A stretch of 64,000 nucleotides of DNA from an uncultured Balneolaceae bacterium. GTDB lineage: Bacteria > Bacteroidota > Rhodothermia > Balneolales > Balneolaceae. Shown in pieces: positions 26,566-37,096 of the stretch. The DNA lies in the NCBI GenBank assembly GCA_964415185.1, contig CAYPZI010000004.1:340-64339 (forward strand). The letters run 5' to 3'. The position numbers and the translations under genes were made by a program. Below the pieces are notes generated by a model. The model saw only the letters and a program-made list of their open reading frames with translations. It made no database searches and had not been told where the DNA came from. The first letter of the stretch is position 1; each line of letters starts with the position of its first letter.

Positions 26566-27213
26566 CTAATCAGAATTTCCTTGCAAAGATATGGAAAGTT
26601 TAATTCCGGCTGAGCGTCCTTCTATCAGTGCCGGTTCTACCCTCGCTTTTGCGGAGAGATCGTCGGAAACATCAAATGATCTCATATGTGCAAAAATATA
26701 AGCATCCAGTACATTCAGTCCATATGCGAGGCCCACCACTACATACATAAAGTCCCGCCGATTCCTGAAACTATCTCTTTGAGACCTTAATTGTTCGGTA
26801 TTTAATCCCTCAAGGCGCGGCGGTGTTCTTCCAAACCTGAAATCCGAATCTTCACCGCGGGACTCATTAAAAAAAGCAGCCCTGTAATCATGGTATTGTA
26901 TTGTAAGATGTCGTGTAAAAAAAACAGTGCCTGCCAATAATCCGTAAACAATCGGCACTTTCCAGGCTTGTCCGTTTGCAACCTGCCCCCATCCCGGAAC
27001 CATTGCTGATTTCAGCAAGACCGAGCCGGGGTTGGGAAATTCGTTTTCACTGTTTTGCCCTGTTTGCTCACGTTTGTTACTCTCATTATTTACATTTCTC
27101 TCATACCTGATCTGCATTTGCGTCAGATCATTTTCAATGAAAGATGACTGGGCAAACAACCAGCCGGGAAACAGAATCAGAAACACTAAAGCCGGCATCC
27201 GCTTACAGCTCAT
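26566..27213 (-). CDS. DUF5683-like membrane protein downstream of parB
   Basis: Signal/TM segment MPALVFLILFPGWLFAQ, then VPGWGQVANGQAWKVPIVYG. This position after parAB is conserved in Bacteroidota-like genomes. The start is ambiguous (27213 or 27198). Confidence 0.6.
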   Translation of the reverse strand: MSCKRMPALVFLILFPGWLFAQSSFIENDLTQMQIRYERNVNNESNKREQTGQNSENEFPNPGSVLLKSAMVPGWGQVANGQAWKVPIVYGLLAGTVFFTRHLTIQYHDYRAAFFNESRGEDSDFRFGRTPPRLEGLNTEQLRSQRDSFRNRRDFMYVVVGLAYGLNVLDAYIFAHMRSFDVSDDLSAKARVEPALIEGRSAGIKLSISLQGNSD

Positions 27214-28120
27214 CAAAGATCTGAAGCAACCGTTCAAGTTCATCATCGGAATAATATTCAATTCGGATTTCACCGCCTTTGCCTTTTGGCTTTAAATTTA
27301 CTTTCGTACTCAACTTTTGCCTGAGTTTGCCGGCTATTTCAGATAAGAACGGGTCATTTTTTTTGCCTGTTGCTTTTTTTCTTTGCTGTTGATTTTTTTT
27401 CTCCAGGTTTCTCACGTAATCTTCAACCTGTCTGACTGACATCTCATCCCTGATAATCTTACTCAAAACCTTCCTTTGTTCTGCCTCATCTTTAATATTG
27501 ATCAAAGACCTGGCATGGCCGGTTGAAATTTTTTCGTCCCTCAGCGCAGCCTGAATGAAATCGGGAAGTTGTAAAAGACGCAGCGTATTCGTGACAGTAC
27601 TCCGGTTCTTTCCAACTTTATCAGCTACTTCGGCCTGGCTGTAACTGCACTCTTCCATGAGGCGCTGGTATCCCATGGCCACTTCAAGGGGATTGAGCTG
27701 CTCACGCTGAATATTTTCAACAAGGGCAAAAGCAATCAACTGTTCATCATTTGCTTCACGTATATAAGCCGGTATTTCATCTATCCCGGCAAGTTTGCTT
27801 GCCCTCAGCCTTCTTTCACCGCTAATCAGCTCAAATCTTTTCTCTCCGATATACCTGACCGTTACCGGCTGAATCAACCCGTGGGTTTTTATGGATGAGG
27901 CAAGTTCATCAAGTGATGCGCGGTTAAAATCTGTCCGTGGTTGATGAGGATTGGCCCGAATGTGGTCAACCGGGATGTTCAGTACCTGGTTTACCCGCTC
28001 GGCCGGTTCTATAGGTACAGCGGTTTTGGTATGATTTTTTTCAGTTTTATCCTCATTATCAATATCCTGATATTCGGGGAAAAAAGCGCCCAGCCCTCTT
28101 CCCAATACTCTTTTACTCAT
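27203..28120 (-). CDS. parB: Chromosome partitioning protein ParB
   Basis: 305 aa. ISGERRLRASKLAG ParB box and an HTH (SQAEVADKVGKNRSTVTNTLRLL). Confidence 0.95.
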   Translation of the reverse strand: MSKRVLGRGLGAFFPEYQDIDNEDKTEKNHTKTAVPIEPAERVNQVLNIPVDHIRANPHQPRTDFNRASLDELASSIKTHGLIQPVTVRYIGEKRFELISGERRLRASKLAGIDEIPAYIREANDEQLIAFALVENIQREQLNPLEVAMGYQRLMEECSYSQAEVADKVGKNRSTVTNTLRLLQLPDFIQAALRDEKISTGHARSLINIKDEAEQRKVLSKIIRDEMSVRQVEDYVRNLEKKNQQQRKKATGKKNDPFLSEIAGKLRQKLSTKVNLKPKGKGGEIRIEYYSDDELERLLQIFDEL

Positions 28121-28136
28121 ACTGCAACCACCTGGT

Positions 28137-28934
28137 TCATTTTGTCAAAACCGGGCTGTTTTTAAATAGCTTCCGGTTTCTTTTTATAATTTCCCTGGCT
28201 AACGCCAGATAATTTTTTGCTCCCACGCTTGTAGAATCGTAAAGTAATGCCGGTTTTCCAAAGCTTGGGGCTTCAGCCAGACGTACATTTCTTGCTATAA
28301 CCGTTGAAAACACCCTGTCATCAAAATACTTTTTCACTTCAGCCGCCACCTGGTTGGATAACCGTGTTCGTGTATCGTACATAGTGAGTGCCACTCCTTC
28401 AATTTCGAGTGCCGTATTTAAATGCTGTCTTACGATTTTAATTGTATTAAGAAGCTGGCCAAGCCCTTCAAGGGCAAAATACTCACATTGAACCGGTATT
28501 AGAACCGAATTGGAAGCTGTAAGCGCGTTAATGGTTAGCAGTCCAAGTGAAGGCGGACAATCAATGATGATGAAATCATATTTCAGGCGAATCTCCTCAA
28601 TCGCTTTTGCAAGAATTCGCTCTCTTTGGTTTCTGTCCACCATTTCTATCTCGGCGCCTACCAGGTTGATATGTGAAGGTATGAGATCCAGAAAAGGAAG
28701 TTCCGACTGAATAATTGCATTTTCTGCCTCAACACCACCCACCATAACCTCATAAACGGAATTTTCAACACTTTTAGATTCAATGCCCAAACCGCTTGTC
28801 GAATTACTTTGAGGATCAATGTCAATCAAGAGCGTTGGATGTTCGATGGCAGCAAGACTTGCTGCAAGATTAATAGCTGTTGTAGTTTTGCCAACTCCGC
28901 CTTTTTGATTGGCAATGGAAATAACTTTACCCAT
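28137..28934 (-). CDS. parA: Chromosome partitioning ATPase ParA/Soj
   Basis: 265 aa. Deviant Walker [12 protein letters not shown]. Confidence 0.95.
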   Translation of the reverse strand: MGKVISIANQKGGVGKTTTAINLAASLAAIEHPTLLIDIDPQSNSTSGLGIESKSVENSVYEVMVGGVEAENAIIQSELPFLDLIPSHINLVGAEIEMVDRNQRERILAKAIEEIRLKYDFIIIDCPPSLGLLTINALTASNSVLIPVQCEYFALEGLGQLLNTIKIVRQHLNTALEIEGVALTMYDTRTRLSNQVAAEVKKYFDDRVFSTVIARNVRLAEAPSFGKPALLYDSTSVGAKNYLALAREIIKRNRKLFKNSPVLTK

Positions 28935-29137
28935 TCAATGTTACTTTCCTGTTGATATTAATTGTGTAAAAGAATATAACCTGCACGCGGTATTCAACCA
29001 AAATAAGTTATGCACAACAGGAAGTGAGGAGATAAAATTTGCAAATTATTGATTTTATTCGAATTAATGATAGAATAATCGATATAGATCAGCCTGTAAT
29101 CCACAGCTTTTGATCCGTAATCAAAATATTTTAAAGC

Positions 29138-29731
29138 TTACTTGTTTGATCCAGTCAAATGAAATTCTCTATTATTCACTGAACCTTGTTCCAGAGGCAC
29201 AACCGGAGTCAGTTTTTGCGTACTTGTTCTTATTATTGAATCAAACGAAGCCTTCGAATTGGTGTTATATAAATCGTTAACATGGATTATATCATTTTTA
29301 TCAACCCAGGGAGAAAAATTTACATCATTTGATCTGTTGGCAGGTATTTGTTGAATCAACTCAGATCTGTTAGTTTCGATAACTAAATTTGAAGCGTCAG
29401 TTCTGCTTTCGTTACTGCCGTCCATAGAAAACATGTATCCAAAGAATATTACCACAAGTATGGATGCTGCAAATGAAAAGTAAAGCAGGGACGACTGCCC
29501 ACGTGAATGGCTGTTGCTGTGGTGAACAGAGAATTCAAGAACTTTCTTTGTAAGATCATCAGGTGGCTGAATTACAGGAATATCATTAAGCTTTTTCCTG
29601 GTCTTTTTCAGTGACTCCACTTCAATCATCAAATCACTGTCTTCTTTTATTTCCCTTTCAAAGATTATCTCTTCAGAAGGGTCCAGTTCTCCATAAATGT
29701 ATTTTATGCTGAATATATCTGATTTACTCAT
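29138..29731 (-). CDS. Putative anti-sigma factor (single TM)
   Basis: 197 aa. ATGA overlap with the upstream ECF sigma gene. Central TM segment LLYFSFAASILVVIFFGYMF. Confidence 0.6.
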   Translation of the reverse strand: MSKSDIFSIKYIYGELDPSEEIIFEREIKEDSDLMIEVESLKKTRKKLNDIPVIQPPDDLTKKVLEFSVHHSNSHSRGQSSLLYFSFAASILVVIFFGYMFSMDGSNESRTDASNLVIETNRSELIQQIPANRSNDVNFSPWVDKNDIIHVNDLYNTNSKASFDSIIRTSTQKLTPVVPLEQGSVNNREFHLTGSNK

Positions 29732-30363
29732 ACTTTTTTTGATTCTGTATCACGTTCTTCGTCGAACATCTTCCTCAGATTGATCAACGCATACCGCATA
29801 CGGCCAAGAGCCGTATTAATAGATACATCTGTCAGTTCAGCAATTTCTTTAAACGGCATTTCATAATAATGTCTTAGCATAACAACCGTTCTCTGTTCTT
29901 CAGGTAATTTGGAAATATGTTGAAGCAAGCTCGAAGTTGACTCGTCAAGTTCAAGCTGCTCTTGCTGCCCGACAGAGTCTTCATCCGGTAACCGATCATA
30001 AAAATCAGTGTTCGACTCTTTGTCGTAGTTGCTACTAACGTCAACGAATCGTTTTTGTTTTCTGATATAGTCAATTGTTGCATTATGAGCAATTCTCATA
30101 ACCCATGCAATCCATTTACCTTGTTCATTGTAGGTATCATCCATTTTAGTAATGACCTTGGTAAATGTCTCTTGAAAAATGTCGTTGGTAACTTCTTTGT
30201 TATTGACCATGCTAAAAATATAGGAGTAAACTTTCGCCTGGTGGCGGTTCATAAGTTCTCTGAAAGCGAGCTGATCGTTATTTGCCCTGTACTTTCGAAC
30301 CAGCTCTCTGTCCTTCATTTTTGTATAATCTTCAGGAATATGGTCAGCCATGTTTAATCTCAT
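29728..30363 (-). CDS. ECF-type sigma-70 family RNA polymerase sigma factor
   Basis: 211 aa. Region 2 (VYSYIFSMVNNKEVTNDIFQETF) and region 4 HTH (PFKEIAELTDVSINTALGRMRYAL). Confidence 0.88.
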   Translation of the reverse strand: MRLNMADHIPEDYTKMKDRELVRKYRANNDQLAFRELMNRHQAKVYSYIFSMVNNKEVTNDIFQETFTKVITKMDDTYNEQGKWIAWVMRIAHNATIDYIRKQKRFVDVSSNYDKESNTDFYDRLPDEDSVGQQEQLELDESTSSLLQHISKLPEEQRTVVMLRHYYEMPFKEIAELTDVSINTALGRMRYALINLRKMFDEERDTESKKV

Positions 30364-30585
30364 AATCTTAAAAATATGTGGTTATAAGTAGAAATTCCAC
30401 TAATGTTATAACATCAGCAAAGCAAAAAATGTTCCGTTTTGAAGATCTGTGTCATATTCTCAGTAGTGGATATCCGTATCTAAATTGTAATAAAATATTA
30501 ACCGAGCTTCTCTAAAATATCTATCACATAAAGATGCGATTATACCATATTTCTAACCAGGAAATTTGATAGTGAGCAAAGCTGG

Positions 30586-32412
30586 TTAGTGAAAATGCTC
30601 ATAAACATTTTCGCCTTTTTTATTTCCGATTTTCTCTTTGAGTTGATCAAGTGAAGCTTCCTTAATTTTTTTTACGGATTTGAATTCTTTAAGAAGGATT
30701 TCGGATGTTTTTTCACCGATACCGGGTATATCCGACAATTCGGTCTTGATCGTTCTGTTACTTCTTTTCGATCTGTGAAATGTTACGGCAAATCTGTGTG
30801 CCTCATCTCGTACCCTCTGAAGCAATTTTAGCGCCGGTGAGGTTTTAGGAATCATCACCGAATCCTTTTTTCCGGGTATAAATACTTCTTCGAGCCGCTT
30901 GGCCAGGCCTGCTGCATCAAATTCTTCCTCCATATCGACTTCTTTAAGAGCTTTTAAAGCCGCATTCAGTTGCCCCTTGCCCCCATCTATCAACAGCAAA
31001 TCGGGTATTTGAAGTTTTTGCTTTTTTACACGGTTATATCTTCTTTTTACGACTTCCTTCATGGATGCGAAATCATCGGGACCGCTTACCGTTTTAATAT
31101 TAAAGCGTTTATATTCACTTTTCCTCGGTTGCGCATCCACAAAAGTGACCATACTGGCTACGGGATCAATTCCCTGGATATTGGAAATATCAAAACATTC
31201 AATACGCCGGGGCAGCCTGCCGAGGTTTAAATATTTTTTCAGATCGGTTATTGATACCGGTATCCTGTTTCTTTCAGCTTTTTCTTTTTCAAGCCTTCGC
31301 TCGCCGAGATGCAGCTTTGCATTGGAGATAGCCATCTTCATTAGCTGTTTTTTCTCTCCTATTTTCGGCGTGTAAACCGGTACTTTTTTTCCACGCTGTT
31401 GCCATAAATATTCAAGAAGCGGGCTGATCTCCTCAGGCTCGATGCTTGTATAGACCTCATCGGGTACAGCGCCTGCGTATTGCCCGGTGTAGTAATCTTC
31501 CATGAACGACTGGATCACAACCGCCTCGGAAGTATAGCCTGTATTTTTTATAAACCGGTGAAATTTACCGGTAAGCTTGCCCTCCCTGATTTTGAACAAA
31601 ACTCCGCAAGCTTCTCCAATCTCATTATCAAAAGCCACTGCAAATAAATCCCGGTCTACTATCTTATCAGAAACTATTTTCATTTTCTGATTGTACTTCT
31701 GAAGCGATTCATAACTGTCTCTCAGCTTTGCCGCATCTTCGAATTCAAGAGCTTCTGATGCAATCTGCATCTCCTCCTTTATGGTTTTCATCAATGATTC
31801 GGTTTTGCCGTGCAGCATTCTTTCAACCTTATCCATGGTTTCGAGATAATAATCGAGATCCAACTCAATTGAACATTCGTCAAGATAATCGGCGAAACAG
31901 GTTCGCCATGCAGGCATACCCTTTGTCTTGTCAATAGTCTTGGAAGAAACCGCACAAGTGCAGAGCCCGAATGTATTTCGAATCGTTTCAAGCATGCGTC
32001 TCATGTGGCCGGCATGATCGTACGGGCCAAAATATTTACTGCCGTCATTCACGACTGTCCTTGTCGGAAAAATTCTTGGCCTCTCTTCCGCTGTCATGCA
32101 AATATAGGGATAGGATTTATCATCCCTGTACATAATATTATAGCGAGGCTGATACTTTTTAATCAGGTTATTCTCAAGGATGAGTGCCTCCGCCTCCGAA
32201 TCGGTTACAAATAACTCCAGGTCATCGATTTTGGAAACCATCACCTTGATGCGGCCGTCATGAGAACGAGAATCCTGGAAATAGGTTCTTACCCTGTTTT
32301 TTAGATTTTTCGCCTTTCCCACATAAAGAATAGTGTCCCCTTTATCCCGGAACAAATACACCCCGGGACTGTCGGGTAAGCGCTGAATTTTTTCTTCTAT
32401 TGACAACGACAT
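30586..32412 (-). CDS. uvrC: Excinuclease ABC subunit C
   Basis: 608 aa. GIY-YIG motif (GVYLFRDKGDTILYVGKAKNLKNRV), UVR domain and C-terminal HhH. Confidence 0.96.
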   Translation of the reverse strand: MSLSIEEKIQRLPDSPGVYLFRDKGDTILYVGKAKNLKNRVRTYFQDSRSHDGRIKVMVSKIDDLELFVTDSEAEALILENNLIKKYQPRYNIMYRDDKSYPYICMTAEERPRIFPTRTVVNDGSKYFGPYDHAGHMRRMLETIRNTFGLCTCAVSSKTIDKTKGMPAWRTCFADYLDECSIELDLDYYLETMDKVERMLHGKTESLMKTIKEEMQIASEALEFEDAAKLRDSYESLQKYNQKMKIVSDKIVDRDLFAVAFDNEIGEACGVLFKIREGKLTGKFHRFIKNTGYTSEAVVIQSFMEDYYTGQYAGAVPDEVYTSIEPEEISPLLEYLWQQRGKKVPVYTPKIGEKKQLMKMAISNAKLHLGERRLEKEKAERNRIPVSITDLKKYLNLGRLPRRIECFDISNIQGIDPVASMVTFVDAQPRKSEYKRFNIKTVSGPDDFASMKEVVKRRYNRVKKQKLQIPDLLLIDGGKGQLNAALKALKEVDMEEEFDAAGLAKRLEEVFIPGKKDSVMIPKTSPALKLLQRVRDEAHRFAVTFHRSKRSNRTIKTELSDIPGIGEKTSEILLKEFKSVKKIKEASLDQLKEKIGNKKGENVYEHFH

Positions 32413-32651
32413 CGGGTTAAAAAATTACATTTCTCTGATTTCTGAAATAAACTGCTATTGTGCCTGCTGCAAAATTCTGGCAAGGTCGCTGAGTTTGTTA
32501 AAATAAACTGATCCCATGTCTTTATTTCTTTATCTGTATTTTGAATGTTGACATCACATCAGGAAAGGTAAGGTTTTTTTACAGAAAATTGCTGATATAG
32601 TGCATATATCAGATCAATATTAATTTTTGATTAATCTTATATTTTATTGCA

Positions 32652-33338
32652 ATGCAATTATTTAAAGAAATTATATTTGAAGACAATCATCTGCTGGTTG
32701 TTAATAAGCCGGCAGGTTTTTTGTCACAGCCAGATGGTTCGGAAAATCCGGATATACTGACTTCCTTCAAAAATTTTATCAGGGAACGCGATCAAAAGCC
32801 CGGTAATGTTTTTCTCGGATTGGTTCACAGGCTTGACAGAAATGTGGGCGGAGTAATGGTTCTTGCCAAAACTTCAAAAGCAGCCTCCAGGATCAGTGAG
32901 CAGATCAGAAAACGCTCTGTTAAGAAGAGATACCTTGTAGTAGTCAAAGGCAACCCCCCGCAGTTTGGCTTTTTGGAAAATTACCTGAAAAAAGATGTCA
33001 TCGAAAATAAAGTTTCAGTTCGGCAAAAGCCGGGAAAGGACTTTAAATACGCTAAATTATTATTCGAAAATATTGATACCCAAAATGAATTATCTTTGCT
33101 TCGAATTGAACTCCATACAGGCCGCCCGCATCAGATCAGGGCACAAATGGCTGATGCCGGTTATCCTGTTTGGGGCGATCATAAATATGGCGTCCCATCA
33201 TCCGGTTCCATAGCTCTTTTTTCATATCAATTCGAACTGCAACATCCTGTAAAAAAGACTCCGGTTTCATTTAAATGCCTCCCCCCTCCCAAACTTCCCT
33301 GGTCATTTTTTAAGGATTCAGGATTTACAAACTTATAA
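32652..33338 (+). CDS. RluA-family pseudouridine synthase
   Basis: 228 aa. HRLDRNVGGVMVLAKT catalytic Asp motif. Confidence 0.88.
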   Translation: MQLFKEIIFEDNHLLVVNKPAGFLSQPDGSENPDILTSFKNFIRERDQKPGNVFLGLVHRLDRNVGGVMVLAKTSKAASRISEQIRKRSVKKRYLVVVKGNPPQFGFLENYLKKDVIENKVSVRQKPGKDFKYAKLLFENIDTQNELSLLRIELHTGRPHQIRAQMADAGYPVWGDHKYGVPSSGSIALFSYQFELQHPVKKTPVSFKCLPPPKLPWSFFKDSGFTNL

Positions 33339-33481
33339 CCCGGAAAGGAACCGGATACAACCGACTATTGTTTATCTAATAGATAAGGATGTTCTTATAA
33401 AAATATTTCGAAAAATAATTTTTCGGTTTAGCTCTCAAGTGAATTTTATACAAATTATTTTGAAAAATATCAGTTACAGGT

Positions 33482-34378
33482 TTGAAAATTAACAAGGATA
33501 AGGCATTAGAAATACTCCATTCAGTTGTTGATGGCGAAGCTACACCGGCGGAGACTTACGCTTTTTTTAGGTACATGGAAACCGATCCGGAAGTTAAACG
33601 TCAGTATGAAAGCATGCTCTTGCTAAAAAAACTGATTAAAACCTACTATAAGCGAAAAAAGGCTCCCGAATCCCTAAGAAAAAATCTTCTTGAAAATATT
33701 AATCAAAATCTGTCTCTTTATACTGATTTGCCTTCTGTAAATGATGATAAACCGGTTCAGGATTCGAAAACAGTTCACAGAAAAAACAAATCCAATGGAA
33801 TCTCTTTAACTTTCAGGTATATTTCAGCTGCTGCAGCCATTCTTTTCTTCTCAATTCTGACTATTGAGATGCTTGAAAAGTCAACTACCCGGACGCAATA
33901 CGATACGGCAAGCATAGATTCATTTGTATATGAATATTTCACAAGGCACAAGGGCAGGCACATTAAACCGACATTTCAAACTGCCTCACTTGAAAATGCC
34001 GAAAATTTTCTTACTGAAAACCATGCTGTCGATATTGACATCCCCAAATTGAGAAACGCCCGTTTCCAGGGAATTGTGATATCAGAAACTCAAGCCGGAT
34101 CAAAAATTCCCTTGTTCGAATACTTTCAGCCGGAAGCTGATCAGTATATTTATATCTTTTCATTTCACATACCTACAATTGAAAAAGAAAACTATTTTTT
34201 AAGGGATTCGCTCGCAATTGAAGCGTGTATTACAAAAACAGACTTCTACATTAAGGATGTTCAGGGCTTGCATATTATTTCGTGGAGGTGGGGCGACAAC
34301 TGGTACAGTGCAATTTCAAATCACAACGGATACGAGCTGGCTTCAATCATTGAACCCCTTCAGTATGATTTAAAATAA
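33482..34378 (+). CDS. Anti-sigma-factor-like membrane protein (orphan), TTG start
   Basis: 298 aa. The N-terminus (LHSVVDGEATPAETYAFFRYMETDPEVKRQYESM) resembles zf-HC2-type anti-sigma N-domains but lacks the Cys ligands. One TM (YISAAAAILFFSILTI). C-terminal domain unknown. Confidence 0.45.
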   Translation: MKINKDKALEILHSVVDGEATPAETYAFFRYMETDPEVKRQYESMLLLKKLIKTYYKRKKAPESLRKNLLENINQNLSLYTDLPSVNDDKPVQDSKTVHRKNKSNGISLTFRYISAAAAILFFSILTIEMLEKSTTRTQYDTASIDSFVYEYFTRHKGRHIKPTFQTASLENAENFLTENHAVDIDIPKLRNARFQGIVISETQAGSKIPLFEYFQPEADQYIYIFSFHIPTIEKENYFLRDSLAIEACITKTDFYIKDVQGLHIISWRWGDNWYSAISNHNGYELASIIEPLQYDLK

Positions 34379-34386
34379 AATAAGCC

Positions 34387-35409
34387 TTATTTAGTCCGGA
34401 TACTTTCGGGTAGAAATAATGCTAATGTAAAAATTACAAGGCCGGCAAGCAGTAGCCATTGATACTGGTTTTTATAATCGGCAAATTCCTGGGATGAATA
34501 TTCGCCTTTTTCAAGCTCCTCAAGTTTTGCAAACAACGGCTCAATGGTATCTCCTGCAGAATTGATTTCAAAATAGCTGCCCTTCCCTTTGGCAGCTATA
34601 TCTTGCATACTTCCCGGTTCAAGAGTTGTATGGACCAATTCACCAGAAGAATCCCTTACGTATTGGGTAATATTTCTGGAATTCCCATCGTAAACAGGAA
34701 TCGGGCCTCCTTCCCGTGTACCGATTCCGATTGAAAATACCAGCACTTCCATATCAATCAGCTCGTTCAATGCTGCATTATAATCGGCACCATGATTTTC
34801 GCCGTCTCCTATGAATAGCAAAACATTGGCTGCATCATTTTCGGATTGACTTTGAAGGGATTCAAAAGCTCCTGCCGCTTTCATAAAAGCAGATCTGAAA
34901 TTGGTTGTATGCGTGGGCATTTGACCAGTATCCGCAATATCAAGAAACATTCTCAATGCAGAGTAATCCATAGTCATAGGACTTTGAATAAATGCATCTC
35001 CGGTAAATACCATAAGGCCAACCCGGTCACCCCTGAGCCGTTCTATTAAACGGCCTATTTCAAATTTTGCTTTTTCAAGCCTGCTGGGTTTTACATCTTC
35101 GGCATTCATGCTTCTCGATAAATCGAGTGCAATCAGCATATTTACACCCCGCTGTTCAATCTCTCTGACTTCAGTTCCTATTTTTGGACCTGCAAGTCCT
35201 ACAGTGAATAGTGCAATTGCCAAAAGTATTAACAGGGCCTTAGCCTTTTTTCCAGTTTGCCAAAATCCCTTTCTGATCCTGTTAAACAGTCCGGGAGAGA
35301 AAAACCTGAATACACGTTTGCGAATCTGTTTTTCAAACAGGTAGATCAGCCCGATCAATACCGGTATAAGAAGCAAAAGCCAAAGAAAAGAAATATTATG
35401 CCAAATCAA
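34387..35409 (-). CDS. batA: VWA-domain protein, BatA-like
   Basis: 340 aa. N- and C-terminal TM segments and a MIDAS motif DLSRSM. Confidence 0.8.
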   Translation of the reverse strand: MIWHNISFLWLLLLIPVLIGLIYLFEKQIRKRVFRFFSPGLFNRIRKGFWQTGKKAKALLILLAIALFTVGLAGPKIGTEVREIEQRGVNMLIALDLSRSMNAEDVKPSRLEKAKFEIGRLIERLRGDRVGLMVFTGDAFIQSPMTMDYSALRMFLDIADTGQMPTHTTNFRSAFMKAAGAFESLQSQSENDAANVLLFIGDGENHGADYNAALNELIDMEVLVFSIGIGTREGGPIPVYDGNSRNITQYVRDSSGELVHTTLEPGSMQDIAAKGKGSYFEINSAGDTIEPLFAKLEELEKGEYSSQEFADYKNQYQWLLLAGLVIFTLALFLPESIRTK

Positions 35410-35450
35410 TTTTTCAGGTGTTTAGTTGATGAAGTATTAAAATTTACAAT

Positions 35451-36530
35451 TTACTGCATAACAGAAAAAGTATGATCCGGATCGAGTTCCAATATCGTTT
35501 CCGTCATCAATTTTATCAGTGTCTCAACATCATTGAACGATACGGTTTCAACCGGGGAGTGCATATAACGAAGCGGCAATGAAACAAGTGCACTCGGTAT
35601 TCCGGTTTTCTGATAAAAAATGCTGTCGGTATCCGTGCCGGTTCTTACACTTGTCGCTTCATGCTGAATATTGATTTTCTTCTTTGCAGCCACTTTTTCA
35701 ATCAAATCTACTATTTTGGGGTGATTTGCGCCACCGTGCTGCACGCTTGGACCTTCTCCAAGTTTTACAAGCCCATGTTCCTTATTATTGATGCCCGGTG
35801 AATCGGTTGCATGAGTCACATCCGTAACAATAGCGGCATCCGGCATATGGCGAAAACTCATCATCCTTGCACCAAATCCTCCCACTTCTTCCTGCACCGA
35901 ATTAAGGGCAATCACATTAACTTTAAGCTTGCTGCGTGATTCCCTCAGCCGCTTCATTACCTGCGAAATCACAAATCCCCCCATGCGGTTGTCGAGAGCT
36001 CTTGCCGTAATTATACGATCATTGAGATAATCTACCTCATCTGCATAAACTACCGGATCACCTATCTGGATCAGTTTCAGGGCTTCTTCTTTATTCGCCA
36101 CACCGATATCTGCAAAAATATCTTTCCACGCCGGCTGTTTCCCGCCGCCATTTTTATTTTCCTGCAAATGAATGGCTGTATTTCCGGTTACTCCGGCCAC
36201 CGGGCCTTTTTTATTATGAATGACCACCCGTTTGGCCCTGGCTATCGTTGAATCACTCCCTCCGAGCCGGTTCAGATATACAAACCCGTCATCCGTAATA
36301 TGCTGAACAACCATTCCGATCTCATCGGCATGCGCTTCAATCAACACAGTCATAACATCATTGTTTGTATTCAGAAAGGCAGCAGCAGATCCGTATGCGT
36401 CCGATGAGACCGAGTCGGTGTACTGTTTAACATACTCCATCCATACTTTTTGCCCGGCAGATTCATAACCGGTGGGACTTGCAGTGATAAGTAATTTTTC
36501 CAGAAACTCTTTTGTCTTTTTATCAAACAT
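35451..36530 (-). CDS. M42-family metallopeptidase (FrvX/glutamyl aminopeptidase-like)
   Basis: 359 aa. AHADEIGMVV and LNSVQEEVG motifs. Confidence 0.85.
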   Translation of the reverse strand: MFDKKTKEFLEKLLITASPTGYESAGQKVWMEYVKQYTDSVSSDAYGSAAAFLNTNNDVMTVLIEAHADEIGMVVQHITDDGFVYLNRLGGSDSTIARAKRVVIHNKKGPVAGVTGNTAIHLQENKNGGGKQPAWKDIFADIGVANKEEALKLIQIGDPVVYADEVDYLNDRIITARALDNRMGGFVISQVMKRLRESRSKLKVNVIALNSVQEEVGGFGARMMSFRHMPDAAIVTDVTHATDSPGINNKEHGLVKLGEGPSVQHGGANHPKIVDLIEKVAAKKKINIQHEATSVRTGTDTDSIFYQKTGIPSALVSLPLRYMHSPVETVSFNDVETLIKLMTETILELDPDHTFSVMQ

Positions 36531-36643
36531 CTGATTTTTTGCTTAAACGGGTATTAGCTGTTCATTAATTGGTGGGAAATATAACTCAAATTCTTTACCA
36601 TTACACTTCCAACAAACTTGTTTTTTAAAACGGTTCATAAATA

Positions 36644-37096
36644 ATGTACAAACCTGCCTACAATAAAAATACCTTTCCATTCTGGACGGAACTGCAAATC
36701 AGGTACAGAGACCTCGATACACTGAATCACGTTAACAATGCCTTATTCAGCACCTATTTTGAAGAAGCACGAATCCGGTTTATTCAAGAAATCCCGGAAT
36801 TTTTAGCTTCAATGAGAGAGAGTAACAGTTTTGTGATCGTAAACCTTGAAATTAATTTTATCGAGCCTGTAACTTATCCGTCAATCCTGCTGGCCGGTTC
36901 CGGAATCAGCGAATTCGGGAACAGCAGTGTAACCGGCTTTCAGGCCATTTATGACCTGGACTCCAAAGCGCTCAAGGCAGTCGCTAAATCGACGGGAGTA
37001 TGGTTCAACACAAAATTAAAAAAGCCCGTCAGGCTTCCTTCACTGCCTGAAAAAGAGAAGTATCTTGTTCAAATGTCATCACATAGTAATGGATAA
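36644..37096 (+). CDS. Acyl-CoA thioesterase, 4HBT/YbgC-like hotdog fold
   Basis: 150 aa. IRYRDLDTLNHVNNALFSTYFEEAR. Confidence 0.8.
   Translation: MYKPAYNKNTFPFWTELQIRYRDLDTLNHVNNALFSTYFEEARIRFIQEIPEFLASMRESNSFVIVNLEINFIEPVTYPSILLAGSGISEFGNSSVTGFQAIYDLDSKALKAVAKSTGVWFNTKLKKPVRLPSLPEKEKYLVQMSSHSNG

Noticed and set aside
28935-29137. oriC-like DnaA boxes upstream of parA: TTATGCACA and TAATCCACA, each one mismatch from TTATCCACA.
   Set aside because: There are only two imperfect boxes in a 200-bp promoter region, with no box cluster, no obvious DUE repeats and no dnaA/dnaN nearby. This is consistent with chance.
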